Assembly (NCBI GenBank): GCA_963718975.1 | Contig: CAVRBD010000007.1 | Coordinates: 5,722-69,721, forward strand | Reading direction: 5' to 3' | From: an uncultured Bacteroidota bacterium | Lineage (GTDB): Bacteria; Bacteroidota; Bacteroidia; Chitinophagales; Chitinophagaceae | DNA length: 64,000 nucleotides | In this document: positions 10,553-20,548 of the stretch, piece after piece | Position numbering within the stretch: position 1 is the first letter of the stretch | Layout: each line of letters begins with the position of its first letter | The notes under the pieces: generated by a model | Seen by the model: only the letters and a program-made list of their open reading frames with translations | What the model was told of the DNA's origin: nothing | Database searches by the model: none | Program-made: the position numbers and the translations under genes

Positions 10553-11515
10553 GTGAAATTATCGCAGTCAATATTACGGGAAGAGCTAATAGTCTTTGAG
10601 AAAGAATTTAAAGAAGCTGTTAAAAGCCAAGTGCCTTTATTAGACAGGATCATGCGCTTTATAGTGAACAGAAAGGGCAAACAGCTTAGGCCTATGTTCG
10701 TTCTTTTGTCTGCAAAATTATGCGGCAAAATCAATGAATCTACCTATAGAGCAGCTTCCTTGGTTGAATTGCTCCATACAGCAAGCCTTGTGCATGATGA
10801 CGTTGTAGATGAATCTTTTGAAAGGCGAGGTTTTTTTTCAACTTATGCGCTTTGGAAATCCAAGGTTTCTGTTCTTGTAGGCGATTATCTGTTTGCAAAA
10901 GGAATGCTGCTGTCGCTAGATCATAATGATTTCAGGGTCTTGCAAATTCTTTCCAAAGCTGTAAGGCAAATGAGCGAGGGAGAATTGTCCCAAATGGAAA
11001 AAGCACGCTCATTGAACCTCGATGAAAATACTTACTATGAAATTATTCGTTATAAAACCGCATCATTGTTAGCATCTGCGTGCGGGGCTGGTGCATTTTC
11101 TTCAAGCAATGACGAAACGCTTACCGAAAAACTCAGGATGTTTGGCGAAAAAACAGGCATTGCATTTCAAATAAAAGACGATCTTTTTGATTATGGAAGT
11201 GAATCGGTTGGCAAGCCGACTGGAAATGATATCAAGGAAAAAAAAATTACTCTACCACTAATCTATACCATTAACAATGCAGACAAACCACTTCGAAGGG
11301 AATTAATTTATATCTTAAAGAATCAAAATAAAAATCCTGAAAAAGTGCAGTATGTAATTAAAAAAGTGATTGAAGCCGGTGGCATAGAATATGCTATAAA
11401 GATGATGAACAAATATAGAGATGAGGCACTTGCAATTTTAAGCGAATTCGAAGAAGGTGATGCAAGAAATGGTCTCGAAGAATTGGTTAACTTCACTACA
11501 GGAAGAAAATATTAA
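10553..11515 (+). CDS. ispB: Polyprenyl diphosphate synthase (IspB-like)
   Basis: GKQLRP, LVHDDVVD (FARM), FQIKDD (SARM). Confidence 0.85.
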   Translation: MKLSQSILREELIVFEKEFKEAVKSQVPLLDRIMRFIVNRKGKQLRPMFVLLSAKLCGKINESTYRAASLVELLHTASLVHDDVVDESFERRGFFSTYALWKSKVSVLVGDYLFAKGMLLSLDHNDFRVLQILSKAVRQMSEGELSQMEKARSLNLDENTYYEIIRYKTASLLASACGAGAFSSSNDETLTEKLRMFGEKTGIAFQIKDDLFDYGSESVGKPTGNDIKEKKITLPLIYTINNADKPLRRELIYILKNQNKNPEKVQYVIKKVIEAGGIEYAIKMMNKYRDEALAILSEFEEGDARNGLEELVNFTTGRKY

Positions 11516-11548
11516 CTGATTGATTTAAGATATCTAACCTTATAGCCT

Positions 11549-13251
11549 ATGCAAAAAAGATGGAATCTCCTTGAGTATGACGAAAGCCATTTTTTGTCAT
11601 TACAAAGCTCCCTAAAAATAAATCCGGCTATTAATAAAATATTGATCCGGCGAGGCATAAGAACTTATGACGAAGCAAAACATTTTTTCCGGCCACAGCT
11701 TGATGAATTACATGACCCATGGTTGATGAAGGATATGAGAAAAGCAGTTGACAGGGTCTTACTTGCTTTTGAAAATCATGAAAAAATATTGGTGTTTGGA
11801 GATTATGATGTTGATGGGACTACTTCTGTCGCATGCATGTTCAGCTTCTTGAAAAAAAATTATTTGCCTGAACTGATTGACTTTTATATTCCTCATCGTT
11901 ATCGCGAAGGTTATGGCGTTTCAAAAATGGGAATTGATTTTGCCCGCGAAAATGATTTTAGCTTAATCATTTCATTAGACTGCGGAATTAAATCTGCTGA
12001 ACTTATCGGTTATGCAAAGACGTTAGGAATTGATTTCATTGTTTGTGACCATCACTTGCCTGATGATATTTTGCCACCTGCCATAGCTATACTAAACCCA
12101 AAACAAAAAGACTGCAACTATCCTTATAAAGAATTATGCGGATGTGGAGTTGGCTTTAAATTGATAACTGCCTTATCAACTGAGATAGGCATTGACGTTA
12201 GTGAAGCGTATGAATATCTTGATTTGGTTGCCACCGCCATTGCAGCAGATATTGTTCCATTGAATGGAGAGAATCGGATACTCGCACATTTTGGATTGAA
12301 AAAGGCAAACGAAAATCCCAACAACGGCATTAAAGCGCTGATGCATTTGAGCGGATTAAAAAAAGAACTTCACATCAATAATCTGGTGTTCATGATTGCG
12401 CCCAGGGTAAATGCCGCGGGAAGAATGGATGATGCCAGAAAAGCAGTGCAGATGTTTATAGCAGAAATTTATGAGGAAGCATTGATATACGCAGAAATGC
12501 TTCATTCAGATAATACTGACAGAAAAGAAGCAGATACAAATATTACCGAAGAAGCACTCGCAATTATTGATGGTGACGAAGTATTGATAAATAGAAAATC
12601 AACAGTTGTCTTTCAGCCGCATTGGCATAAAGGAGTTGTTGGAATCGTTGCATCAAGATTGATTGAAAAATATTATCGCCCAACAGTTGTTCTTACAAAA
12701 AGTGGCGAAGTGCTTGCTGGCAGCGCAAGAAGTGTAAAAGGTTTCAATTTATATGAAGCAATTCATGCATGCAGAGAAAATTTATTAGGATACGGTGGCC
12801 ATTTTGCCGCAGCGGGAATAACACTTTTGCCAGAACAGATTGAAGCATTCAGTTTGAAATTTGAAGAAATAGTTTCTTCAACGATTGAACCACATTTATT
12901 GATTCCTGAAATTATTATAGATGCGGAAATAAAATTCAAGGATATCACTCAAAATTTTTATGACATCATTTGCCAGATGGAACCATTCGGCCGGAAAATA
13001 TGCGGCCTGTTTTTATTACAAAAAATGTTACAGACACTGGATATTCAAAAATTGTGAAAGAACAACACATCAGATTTTCATTGAAGCAGGATAATGTTGT
13101 GATAACAGGAATCGGTTTTAATATGGCTGAAAAATTTCATTTCCTTCAAACAAAAAAACCGCTTGATATTGTTTTTACGATTGATGAAAATGAATGGAAC
13201 GAACAAAAAAACCTTCAATTGAAAATGATTGATTACAGATTGAGTGAATAA
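11549..13251 (+). CDS. recJ: ssDNA exonuclease RecJ, -1 frameshift near 12990
   Basis: GDYDVDG, DHH, GSARS, GGHFAAAG; EPFG(P)ENMRPVF continues in frame 12970. Confidence 0.92.
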
Positions 13252-13263
13252 TCAGAAAATAAA

Positions 13264-13292
13264 AAAGCATGACAAAATTTTTGTCATGCTTT
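13264..13292. terminator. Perfect 14-bp inverted repeat between convergent recJ and htpG
   Basis: aaagcatgacaaaa-t-ttttgtcatgcttt. Confidence 0.7.
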
Positions 13293-13314
13293 CAGAAATG
13301 AATCTATTATTCTA

Positions 13315-15192
13315 TTAAACTTTAATCTTGTTATTCTCTTTTCCTTCAATTAACTCAACACTTCGATTAATAAATTCTGTGAGGTTATTTCCTTTCAATA
13401 ACCCCTGTGAAAGCAACGCCAAATCGGCAAGGTTGTGAACTATTTTTTGCTGCTTATCTGAATCATCTTCTTTCAAAACATTTTTAAAAATCGGATGATT
13501 TCCATTCACAGTTAATGTTACTTCATCAGGCATGTTGCCATAGAAACTGCCCATTGGTCCTTGCATCGCAGCCATGTCTTTCATACGGCGCATGAATTCC
13601 GGGCGGGTTGCAACAACCGGCGAAGCTTCGGGGCTCAATCCTTTCACCTCAACGGTTACATGAAGCGCCGGCATATTAACTGTAAATAATTTTTTCAATT
13701 TTTCTTCATCGTCTTTGCTCAGCACGCTTTCTGAAGTTTCCTGTTTGTCGATCAGGTTATCCGCAATATCACTGTCCACTCTTATGAAATGAACACTGTC
13801 CCATTTCATTTCCATTTGATTAATGAACCCTGCATCTACCAATGTTTCCAGCTTCACAACAATATAACCTTTTGCTTTTGCTTGCTGAATGTAACTGTCT
13901 TGTTGAATTGGATTTGTTGTATACAGGATTACTAATTTTCCATCTTTATTTTTTTGAAGCGCTTCTGTTGCAATCCTGTATTCTTCGAGCGTATAAAATT
14001 TTCCGCCATCAGCATCTTCCATGATGTGGAATTTGTTTGCCTTTTCCAGAAACTTATCATCAGTCATCATTCCATACTTCACGAATAAACCAAGGCTCTC
14101 CCATTTTTGTTCGAACTCTTTTCTTTCTTTAGTAAAAATTTCTTCAAGTTTATCAGCAACTTTTTTTGTGATGTGATTATTGATCTTCTTCACATTCGGG
14201 TCGCCTTGCAGATAGCTGCGGCTAACATTCAGTGGAATATCCGGGCTATCAATAACGCCATGTAAAAGCATTAAAAATTCAGGAACAATATCTTTCACTT
14301 CGTCAGTTACAAAAACCTGATTGCTGTATAACTGGATTTTATCTTTTTGAACTTCGTAGCTCTGCTTTATTTTCGGGAAATATAAAATGCCGGTGAGATT
14401 AAACGGGTAATCCACATTCAGATGAATCCAGAATAAAGGCGTTTCACCAAACGGATATAATTCTTTATAAAATTTTTCGTAATCTTCTTTGGTGAGCTCG
14501 CTTGGTTTTTTAACCCAAATAGGGTTTGGATTATTGATAGGTTTTATTTCTTCGCCTTCTTTTTTCTGTTCAGCAACGTCTTCGAAATAAATTGGGATTG
14601 GTAAAAATTTACAGAATTTTTCGAGGATTGATTTTATTCTGTATGCATCTAAAAACTCTTTACTTTCTTCATTAATGTGAAGAATGATATCTGTTCCCCG
14701 ATTTTCTTTTTCTGTTTCTTCAATTGTGTATTCAGGACTTCCATCACATTCCCATTTCACTGCTTTCGAACCTTCTCTAAAACTTTTGGTAATGATGTCC
14801 ACTTTTTCGCTCACCATAAAAGCAGAATAAAAACCAAGGCCAAATTTCCCGATGATATTATTTTCGTTCTGTCCTTTGTATTTGTTCACGAATTCTTCTG
14901 CGCCGGACAAGGCAACCTGATTAATATATTTATCAACTTCTTCTGCAGTCATCCCAATCCCCCGGTCGGAAATAGTCAGCGTTTTATTGGCAGCATCCAA
15001 TTTGATATCAATTCTCAATTCACCCAATTCACCTTTTGCTTCTCCGATGGATGAAAGCGTCTTCAACTTTTGTGTCGCGTCAATGGCATTGCTCACCAAT
15101 TCACGTACAAAAATTTCATGGTCGCTGTACAAAAACTTTTTAATGATCGGAAAAATGTTTTCTGTCTGAACGCGGATAGAACCTTTTTGCAT
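13315..15192 (-). CDS. htpG: Hsp90 chaperone HtpG
   Basis: ELVSNAIDA, DRGIGMT, IGKFGLGFYSAF, LNVSRSYLQ. Confidence 0.95.
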   Translation of the reverse strand: MQKGSIRVQTENIFPIIKKFLYSDHEIFVRELVSNAIDATQKLKTLSSIGEAKGELGELRIDIKLDAANKTLTISDRGIGMTAEEVDKYINQVALSGAEEFVNKYKGQNENNIIGKFGLGFYSAFMVSEKVDIITKSFREGSKAVKWECDGSPEYTIEETEKENRGTDIILHINEESKEFLDAYRIKSILEKFCKFLPIPIYFEDVAEQKKEGEEIKPINNPNPIWVKKPSELTKEDYEKFYKELYPFGETPLFWIHLNVDYPFNLTGILYFPKIKQSYEVQKDKIQLYSNQVFVTDEVKDIVPEFLMLLHGVIDSPDIPLNVSRSYLQGDPNVKKINNHITKKVADKLEEIFTKERKEFEQKWESLGLFVKYGMMTDDKFLEKANKFHIMEDADGGKFYTLEEYRIATEALQKNKDGKLVILYTTNPIQQDSYIQQAKAKGYIVVKLETLVDAGFINQMEMKWDSVHFIRVDSDIADNLIDKQETSESVLSKDDEEKLKKLFTVNMPALHVTVEVKGLSPEASPVVATRPEFMRRMKDMAAMQGPMGSFYGNMPDEVTLTVNGNHPIFKNVLKEDDSDKQQKIVHNLADLALLSQGLLKGNNLTEFINRSVELIEGKENNKIKV

Positions 15193-15427
15193 AGTTGTTA
15201 TTTTTATTGCACGAGTTTTTTCGAATGGCACGAATTCGTGAAATTAGTTTTAATTCGTGTTATCGGTCTTTATCAAACAAAATGCCATTTGACAGATGCT
15301 GACAAGAAGGCGGGAATTCTTATTGAAATTTGATTTTTTCTTTGAGGAAAAAGACAGGAAGCAGAAAAATTTGGCCGGGGAATGAAATACCAGATGAAAC
15401 CGAGATGCTGAAATTTTTAAAAAAAGC

Positions 15428-15457
15428 AAAAAAAAGCCATCCTGAGATCAGGACGGC
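15428..15457 (-). terminator. Intrinsic terminator after the small lipoprotein
   Basis: gccgtcctg-atct-caggatggc followed by a U tract. Confidence 0.75.
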
Positions 15458-15486
15458 CTCTAACGATTGCTTGCCATATAAAAAAC

Positions 15487-15693
15487 TTATTTCTTAATAG
15501 CTGAATCAACTTTCTTAGCAACGCTGTCAATCTTTTTAACTGTGCTGTCAGCAGCAGCTTTTACAGAATCCTTCATTGCACCTGCAGTAGAATCAACTGC
15601 TTTTACTGTAGAATCAACAGCTTTTTCTGCGCTTGAACCTCCGTTGCAGGCTGCGAATGCGCCGATAGCTAATACTAATAAGACCTTTTTCAT
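15487..15693 (-). CDS. 68-aa lipoprotein with six DS(T/V/A) repeats
   Basis: Lipobox FAAC; own promoter box and terminator. Confidence 0.8.
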   Translation of the reverse strand: MKKVLLVLAIGAFAACNGGSSAEKAVDSTVKAVDSTAGAMKDSVKAAADSTVKKIDSVAKKVDSAIKK

Positions 15694-15729
15694 GTAATCT
15701 GAATTTTTTTGTTAATGAATGGTTTCCAG

Positions 15730-15758
15730 TTAATACCGCATTGAAAAAAAAGTAACCC
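15730..15758 (-). promoter_or_regulatory. Candidate ECF promoter GGGTTAC-N13-CGGTATTAA driving the small lipoprotein
   Basis: Identical boxes and spacer length to the copy at 15858..15886. Confidence 0.7.
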
Positions 15759-15857
15759 AGCCTAAAAAGGAATTTTTGAATATTTTTTTTATTAATGCGT
15801 GATTGGTCGTCATTTGGCTGAAAGGCTGTGAGAATATGGAATTTTTGCTGCTATTTT

Positions 15858-15886
15858 GGGTTACTAATCTTTAATTTCGGTATTAA
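15858..15886 (+). promoter_or_regulatory. Candidate ECF promoter GGGTTAC-N13-CGGTATTAA (autoregulation of the sigma gene)
   Basis: Ends 13 nt before GTG15900; mirrors the divergent copy. Confidence 0.7.
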
Positions 15887-15899
15887 ATATAGCCTTAAG

Positions 15900-16478
15900 G
15901 TGAAGAAAGATATTAATGAACAGCTTTTGTTAAAGGGATTGGCAGATAACAACAGAACGGCCATTGAAGCTATCTATAAAGATAATTATAAGATGGTTCA
16001 AACGATGATCGTTGGCAATAATGGCTCGCCTGACGACGCGAAAGATATATTTCAGGAAAGCATGATCGTTCTTTATGAGAAAGTGAAATCGGGGTCGTTT
16101 GAACTGAACTGTCAGATAAAAACCTACGTTTATTCGGTTTGCAGACGGTTGTGGTTAAAACGCCTTGGGCAGTTCCAGCGCACGTCGCCCGAAATTGAAA
16201 GCATTCAAGAAACGGTTTCTGTAGAAGATGATTTTGAAATGCATGAACGCCGCGATGCCGATTTTCATCTGATGGAAAAAGCCATGCAAAGCCTGGGGGA
16301 ACCGTGCAAAAGTTTGCTTGAAGCATATTACCTCCAGAAAAAAAACATGGTTGAAATTGCAGGGAGCTTTGGTTATACAAACGCTGACAATGCAAAAAAT
16401 CAGAAATACAAATGTCTGATGCGGCTTAAAAAATTATTCTTCGATCAATATAAAAACAATGACCAATGGAAGAGATGA
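15900..16478 (+). CDS. ECF-type RNA polymerase sigma factor
   Basis: DAKDIFQES region 2; TYVYSVCRRLW; region 4 CKSLL...GYTNADNAKNQKYKC. Confidence 0.9.
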   Translation: MKKDINEQLLLKGLADNNRTAIEAIYKDNYKMVQTMIVGNNGSPDDAKDIFQESMIVLYEKVKSGSFELNCQIKTYVYSVCRRLWLKRLGQFQRTSPEIESIQETVSVEDDFEMHERRDADFHLMEKAMQSLGEPCKSLLEAYYLQKKNMVEIAGSFGYTNADNAKNQKYKCLMRLKKLFFDQYKNNDQWKR

Positions 16479-17576
16479 ATATGCTTGACTCGATTGAAAG
16501 ATACATCAAAGGAGAAATGCTTCCTGAAGAAAGGGTATTTTTTGAACACCTGCGCAAAAGCAGTCCCAGTGTGGATCAAATGGTGGTTGAACATACCATT
16601 TTCCTAAACCAGATGAATAAGTTTGGTGAAAGAAAGGATTTCAATTCATCATTGAATGATATCCATAATGAACTATTCGAAGCCGGTGATATCAAAGAAG
16701 AGCAGGAAGCAAGAGTTATACGGCTTTGGAAAAAATACAAACGTGTTGTTGCGGTTGCTGCATCTATCGCAGGCATCACTGCATTGGCAATCAGTGTATT
16801 GGTTTCGTATGTGTCACCAAAGGCTAATAATAAATCTATTGAATTGCTAAGCAACCAGGTTTCGGCAGCTTTATAACAAAACAAAAATTATTGACAATAA
16901 AACAAAAATCATTGATAATAAAATCGATGAACTGAAACCCAAATCGCCTGTTGATGCAAAAATGAAAATTGGTGGAACGAGTTTCTTGATTGATGGCAGG
17001 GGATATCTTGTAACAAATGCACACGTTGTAAAAAACGCAAGAGCGGTAGTTGTAGAAAATAATAAAGGCGATGAATTCAAAGCAAAGGTTTTGATTTTGG
17101 ATCCAATTTCTGACGTGGCTATTTTGAAAATTGACGATGCAGATTTCAAGGCTATAAACTCTTTGCCTTACAGCATTAGTAAATCAGGTGCTGATTTGGG
17201 CGAACAAATTTTTACGCTCGGTTATCCGAAAGATGAAATTGTTTATGGCGAAGGCTATATGAGCGCAAAGACCGGTTTTGAGGGCGATACTTTGGCGTGC
17301 CAGATTGCAGTTGCCGCTAACCCTGGAAATAGCGGTGGTCCTGTACTGAACAAAAACGGCGAAGTGGTTGGCATATTAAGCGCAAGGGAAATTCAGGCGC
17401 AAGGCGTTGTATTCGCAACAAAATCAAAAAATATTTTTAGGGCTCTCGATTCTTTGAAAACTGATACAGCTTATATCGGTATAAAAATGCCTACTTCATC
17501 TCAGCTAAAAGGTTTGGACAGGGTTCAGCAAATCAAGAAAATGGAAGATTGCATTTTTCTGGTGAAGAGCTACTGA
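16466..17576 (+). CDS. Anti-sigma-like N-terminus + TM + trypsin-like (S1) serine protease, +1 frameshift near 16860
   Basis: IERYIKGEM N-terminus, VVAVAAS TM, TNAHVV (His), DVAILK (Asp), GNSGGP (Ser). Confidence 0.8.
16875..16928 (+). repeat. In-frame 21-bp tandem repeat (NKTKIID x2 plus a partial copy)
   Basis: aacaaaacaaaaattattgac / aataaaacaaaaatcattgat / aataaaatcgat. Confidence 0.75.
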
Positions 17577-17628
17577 AATAAATAATGAATAAAAGAAATC
17601 CGAGAGCTATAAATAATTTCTTAAAAAC

Positions 17629-17660
17629 AAAGCCATCGATAATTGATGGCTTTATTTTTT
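17629..17660. terminator. Terminator between convergent genes
   Basis: aaagccatc-gataatt-gatggcttt with A/T tracts on both sides. Confidence 0.75.
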
Positions 17661-17697
17661 TCTTTCGGTCTTTCCGATTTTTTTGACTTCGGGACTT
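17660..17697. repeat. Lone right arm of the aagtcgga octamer repeat family
   Basis: tctttcggtctttccgatttttttgacttcgggacttt. Confidence 0.5.
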
Positions 17698-18601
17698 TTA
17701 TTTCCAAAGATTATCCGGATAAACTCCATCACCAATTAATTTGTTCAGGCTTTTTTGAACATCAGGCGCATCTTCTTTATAAGTAACGCCAAACCATTGC
17801 GCCGAAGTTGGTATCACCTCAATTGCTCCTCCGCCTTCTTTAATAAAGCGGTCGCCGATAATTGGTATAAAAAATTCAGCTTTGGGGTTCGAAATATTTT
17901 CTGAAAGAAATTCATGAAATATTTTTTCAGTGAAAGAAAATACAGAAGAATCAAAGCACCAAAAATTCATAGAGACTTTTGAATCAGACGGCACTTCAAA
18001 TTTTTTTTCTCCTTCTTCATAAGTGATTTTGCCATTTTCGTCCATATAAATTTTCACACGCTCTGCAATGGAAACAAGATTATTGTCTGAATCAACCTCG
18101 CAAACGCCGCGGCTAACAGAACCGTTTTCTGAAAGTGTTTTTATCAATTCATATCCTATTATTGAATATAATTTCGGGCTGCATTTCGAATTCAAAAAAT
18201 CGTCTGCTTTTTGAAAGGCGTCACGGCCATAAAAATCATCTGCATTAATAACGGCGAAAGGTTCACGGATGACATCTTTTGCACAAAGCACTGCATGCGC
18301 GGTTCCCCAGGGCTTTGTTCTTTCAGCTGGCACCTGATGATTGCCGATAAAAAAACTCGTATCCTGATAAACATATTCTGTTTTTATGCGCCCTTTTAAT
18401 TTAGGCTCAAAAATGGCTTTGAAATTTTCGGCAAAATCTTTTCTGATAACAAAAACAACTTTTGTAAAACCAGCTTCAATTGCATCATAAATCGAATAAT
18501 CCATTATTGTTTCTCCCGAAGGGCCGAAAACCTTGCACTTGTTTCATGCTTCCGTATCTTGATGCCATTCCTGCAGCCAATATTAAAAGTGTTGATGCCA
18601 T
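17698..18601 (-). CDS. Sugar-phosphate nucleotidyltransferase family, +1 frameshift near 18528
   Basis: LLILAAGMASRYGSMKQ...FGPSGETIMDYS, PWGTAHA, VINADDFYG. Confidence 0.85.
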
Positions 18602-18654
18602 TTTATGCTAATTTTATTTTTAGCTGCGAAAATAAAAAAATAAGATGAAAGAAA

Positions 18655-19557
18655 ATGGTGAATTTAAGCGCAATCACAACAGATGAATTGCATTTGCCGG
18701 AATTAACACAAAGAAAAATTCAGGTTGATGTGCTGAGGCTTGACAAAATTGATGATATTATTTCTGGCAACAAATGGTTCAAGTTAAAATATTATTTAGA
18801 TGAAGCAGTTGCAAATGGTTTCAAAACAATATTAACCTTTGGCGGCGCTTATTCAAACCATATAGTTGCTACAGCTTCTGCTGCAAAAAAAATGGGTATG
18901 AAAAGTATCGGCATTATTCGCGGCGAACAACCAGCGACCTTGTTTCACACTTTACTACAGGCAAAAAAATTTGACATGCAAATCGAGTTTGTCAGCCGCA
19001 CCGATTATAGAATTAAAACCGAAAAAGAATTTATTAGCAAGCTAAACATTAAGCATCCCTCATGTTTTATTATTCCCGAAGGCGGTGCCGGAATGAGCGG
19101 CATTCAAGGAAGCATGGAAATTCTGAAATGCACCAGCCAAAATAATTATTCTCATATTGTTTGCGCTATTGGCACGGGAACTATGTTCGCAGGAATTGTG
19201 AATGCTTCTTTGCCAAAACAGAAAATAATTGGCATCACCGTTTTGAAAGGAATGAAAAATTTATCTGAAGAAATTTTTCAATTTGTCAATCAGGATAAAT
19301 CAAAAGATTTTGTTATTAATAATGATTACCACTTTGGCGGCTATGCAAAAAAAAATGATGACCTGATAAAATTCATGAATGCTTTTTATCAACTCACAAA
19401 CATACCATCGGATTTTGTGTATACAGGCAAGCTTTTCTACGCAGTTATTGATCTCATTAAAAAAGATTATTTTCCTGCTAAAAGCAAGCTGCTTGTTATT
19501 CACAGTGGCGGCCTTCAGGGCAATTCATCGCTGCCAAAAGAAGCACTGATTTTTTAG
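18655..19557 (+). CDS. ACC deaminase / D-cysteine desulfhydrase family PLP enzyme
   Basis: SGNKWFKL, FGGAYSNH, GTG, DFVYTGK, HSGGLQG. Confidence 0.88.
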   Translation: MVNLSAITTDELHLPELTQRKIQVDVLRLDKIDDIISGNKWFKLKYYLDEAVANGFKTILTFGGAYSNHIVATASAAKKMGMKSIGIIRGEQPATLFHTLLQAKKFDMQIEFVSRTDYRIKTEKEFISKLNIKHPSCFIIPEGGAGMSGIQGSMEILKCTSQNNYSHIVCAIGTGTMFAGIVNASLPKQKIIGITVLKGMKNLSEEIFQFVNQDKSKDFVINNDYHFGGYAKKNDDLIKFMNAFYQLTNIPSDFVYTGKLFYAVIDLIKKDYFPAKSKLLVIHSGGLQGNSSLPKEALIF

Positions 19558-19629
19558 TTAAAATATAGATACCGCAATCTTATCTTTGCCTACTTATAAC
19601 AACTTTTAAAAAGATTCGTTTATCAAAGC

Positions 19630-20538
19630 ATGCCCAGGAATTTTGCGTTATCCATAATTTGTATATTACTCACAACTATCGCAGCGGCGCAGGAAACGCT
19701 ACCTAAATTTTCAGCTTCATTAAAATCAAACGGCAAAATAATCATCAGCTGGCGCAATAATTATCGTGTTGTAAACCAAATAAGCATACAGCGTTCTGCA
19801 GACAGCTTAAAAAATTTTACCACATTGCTCACCGTGCCGGATGCATCGGTTTCAGAAAACGGTTTTGTGGATTCGAAGGCCGCAAATGCACATATGTTTT
19901 ATAGATTATTTATCGTGCTCGACAGCGGCAAATATATTTTTACAAAATCAAAAAGGCCTCTTTCTGATACAGCAGTAGCAAGAGATAAAGCTGCTGACAA
20001 TAATGACATTGCTTTATCAAAAGCCGAGAACCAGCGATTAAGTTATGTTGAAAAAAGCAAGGACAGCCTTTCAATAAATGCCCCTGATAAAATAAATGCA
20101 GTTCCCGAAATAAAACTGAACAAAATAATTTATTTAAAAAAACAGGATACCCTGATAGGCCAGGTTTTCGAAAATGCCGTTCGCAAATTCAAAGATTCAA
20201 TTTTGTCAAAAACAAAAGACACGCTTGTCTTCAAAGGCATAGATACTATTCTGATAAAGCCCTTTGTTCCTAAAGAAGTCTACAAAGTGTCATCATATGT
20301 TTTTGCAAACAAAGATGGCAACATCATGATTTTGCTACCAGACACTAATAAGAAAAAATACAGCATTAAATTTTTAGAATTAGATGCCACTGTTTTATTT
20401 GAACTGAAAGAAATAAAGCAATCGCCGCTTATTGTCGACAAAACAAATTTTGTGCATTCGGGCTGGTTCCGCTTCGAGCTTTATGATGATGGAAAATTAA
20501 AAGAGAAGAATAAATTTTTTATCCCGAAAGAATTTTAG
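19630..20538 (+). CDS. Hypothetical exported protein
   Basis: 302-aa ORF with a signal peptide. Confidence 0.7.
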   Translation: MPRNFALSIICILLTTIAAAQETLPKFSASLKSNGKIIISWRNNYRVVNQISIQRSADSLKNFTTLLTVPDASVSENGFVDSKAANAHMFYRLFIVLDSGKYIFTKSKRPLSDTAVARDKAADNNDIALSKAENQRLSYVEKSKDSLSINAPDKINAVPEIKLNKIIYLKKQDTLIGQVFENAVRKFKDSILSKTKDTLVFKGIDTILIKPFVPKEVYKVSSYVFANKDGNIMILLPDTNKKKYSIKFLELDATVLFELKEIKQSPLIVDKTNFVHSGWFRFELYDDGKLKEKNKFFIPKEF

Positions 20539-20548
20539 CAGAAGTTTG

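Noticed and set aside
18655-19557. True ACC deaminase (plant growth promotion)
   Set aside because: The family includes D-cysteine desulfhydrases and I cannot assign specificity from the sequence
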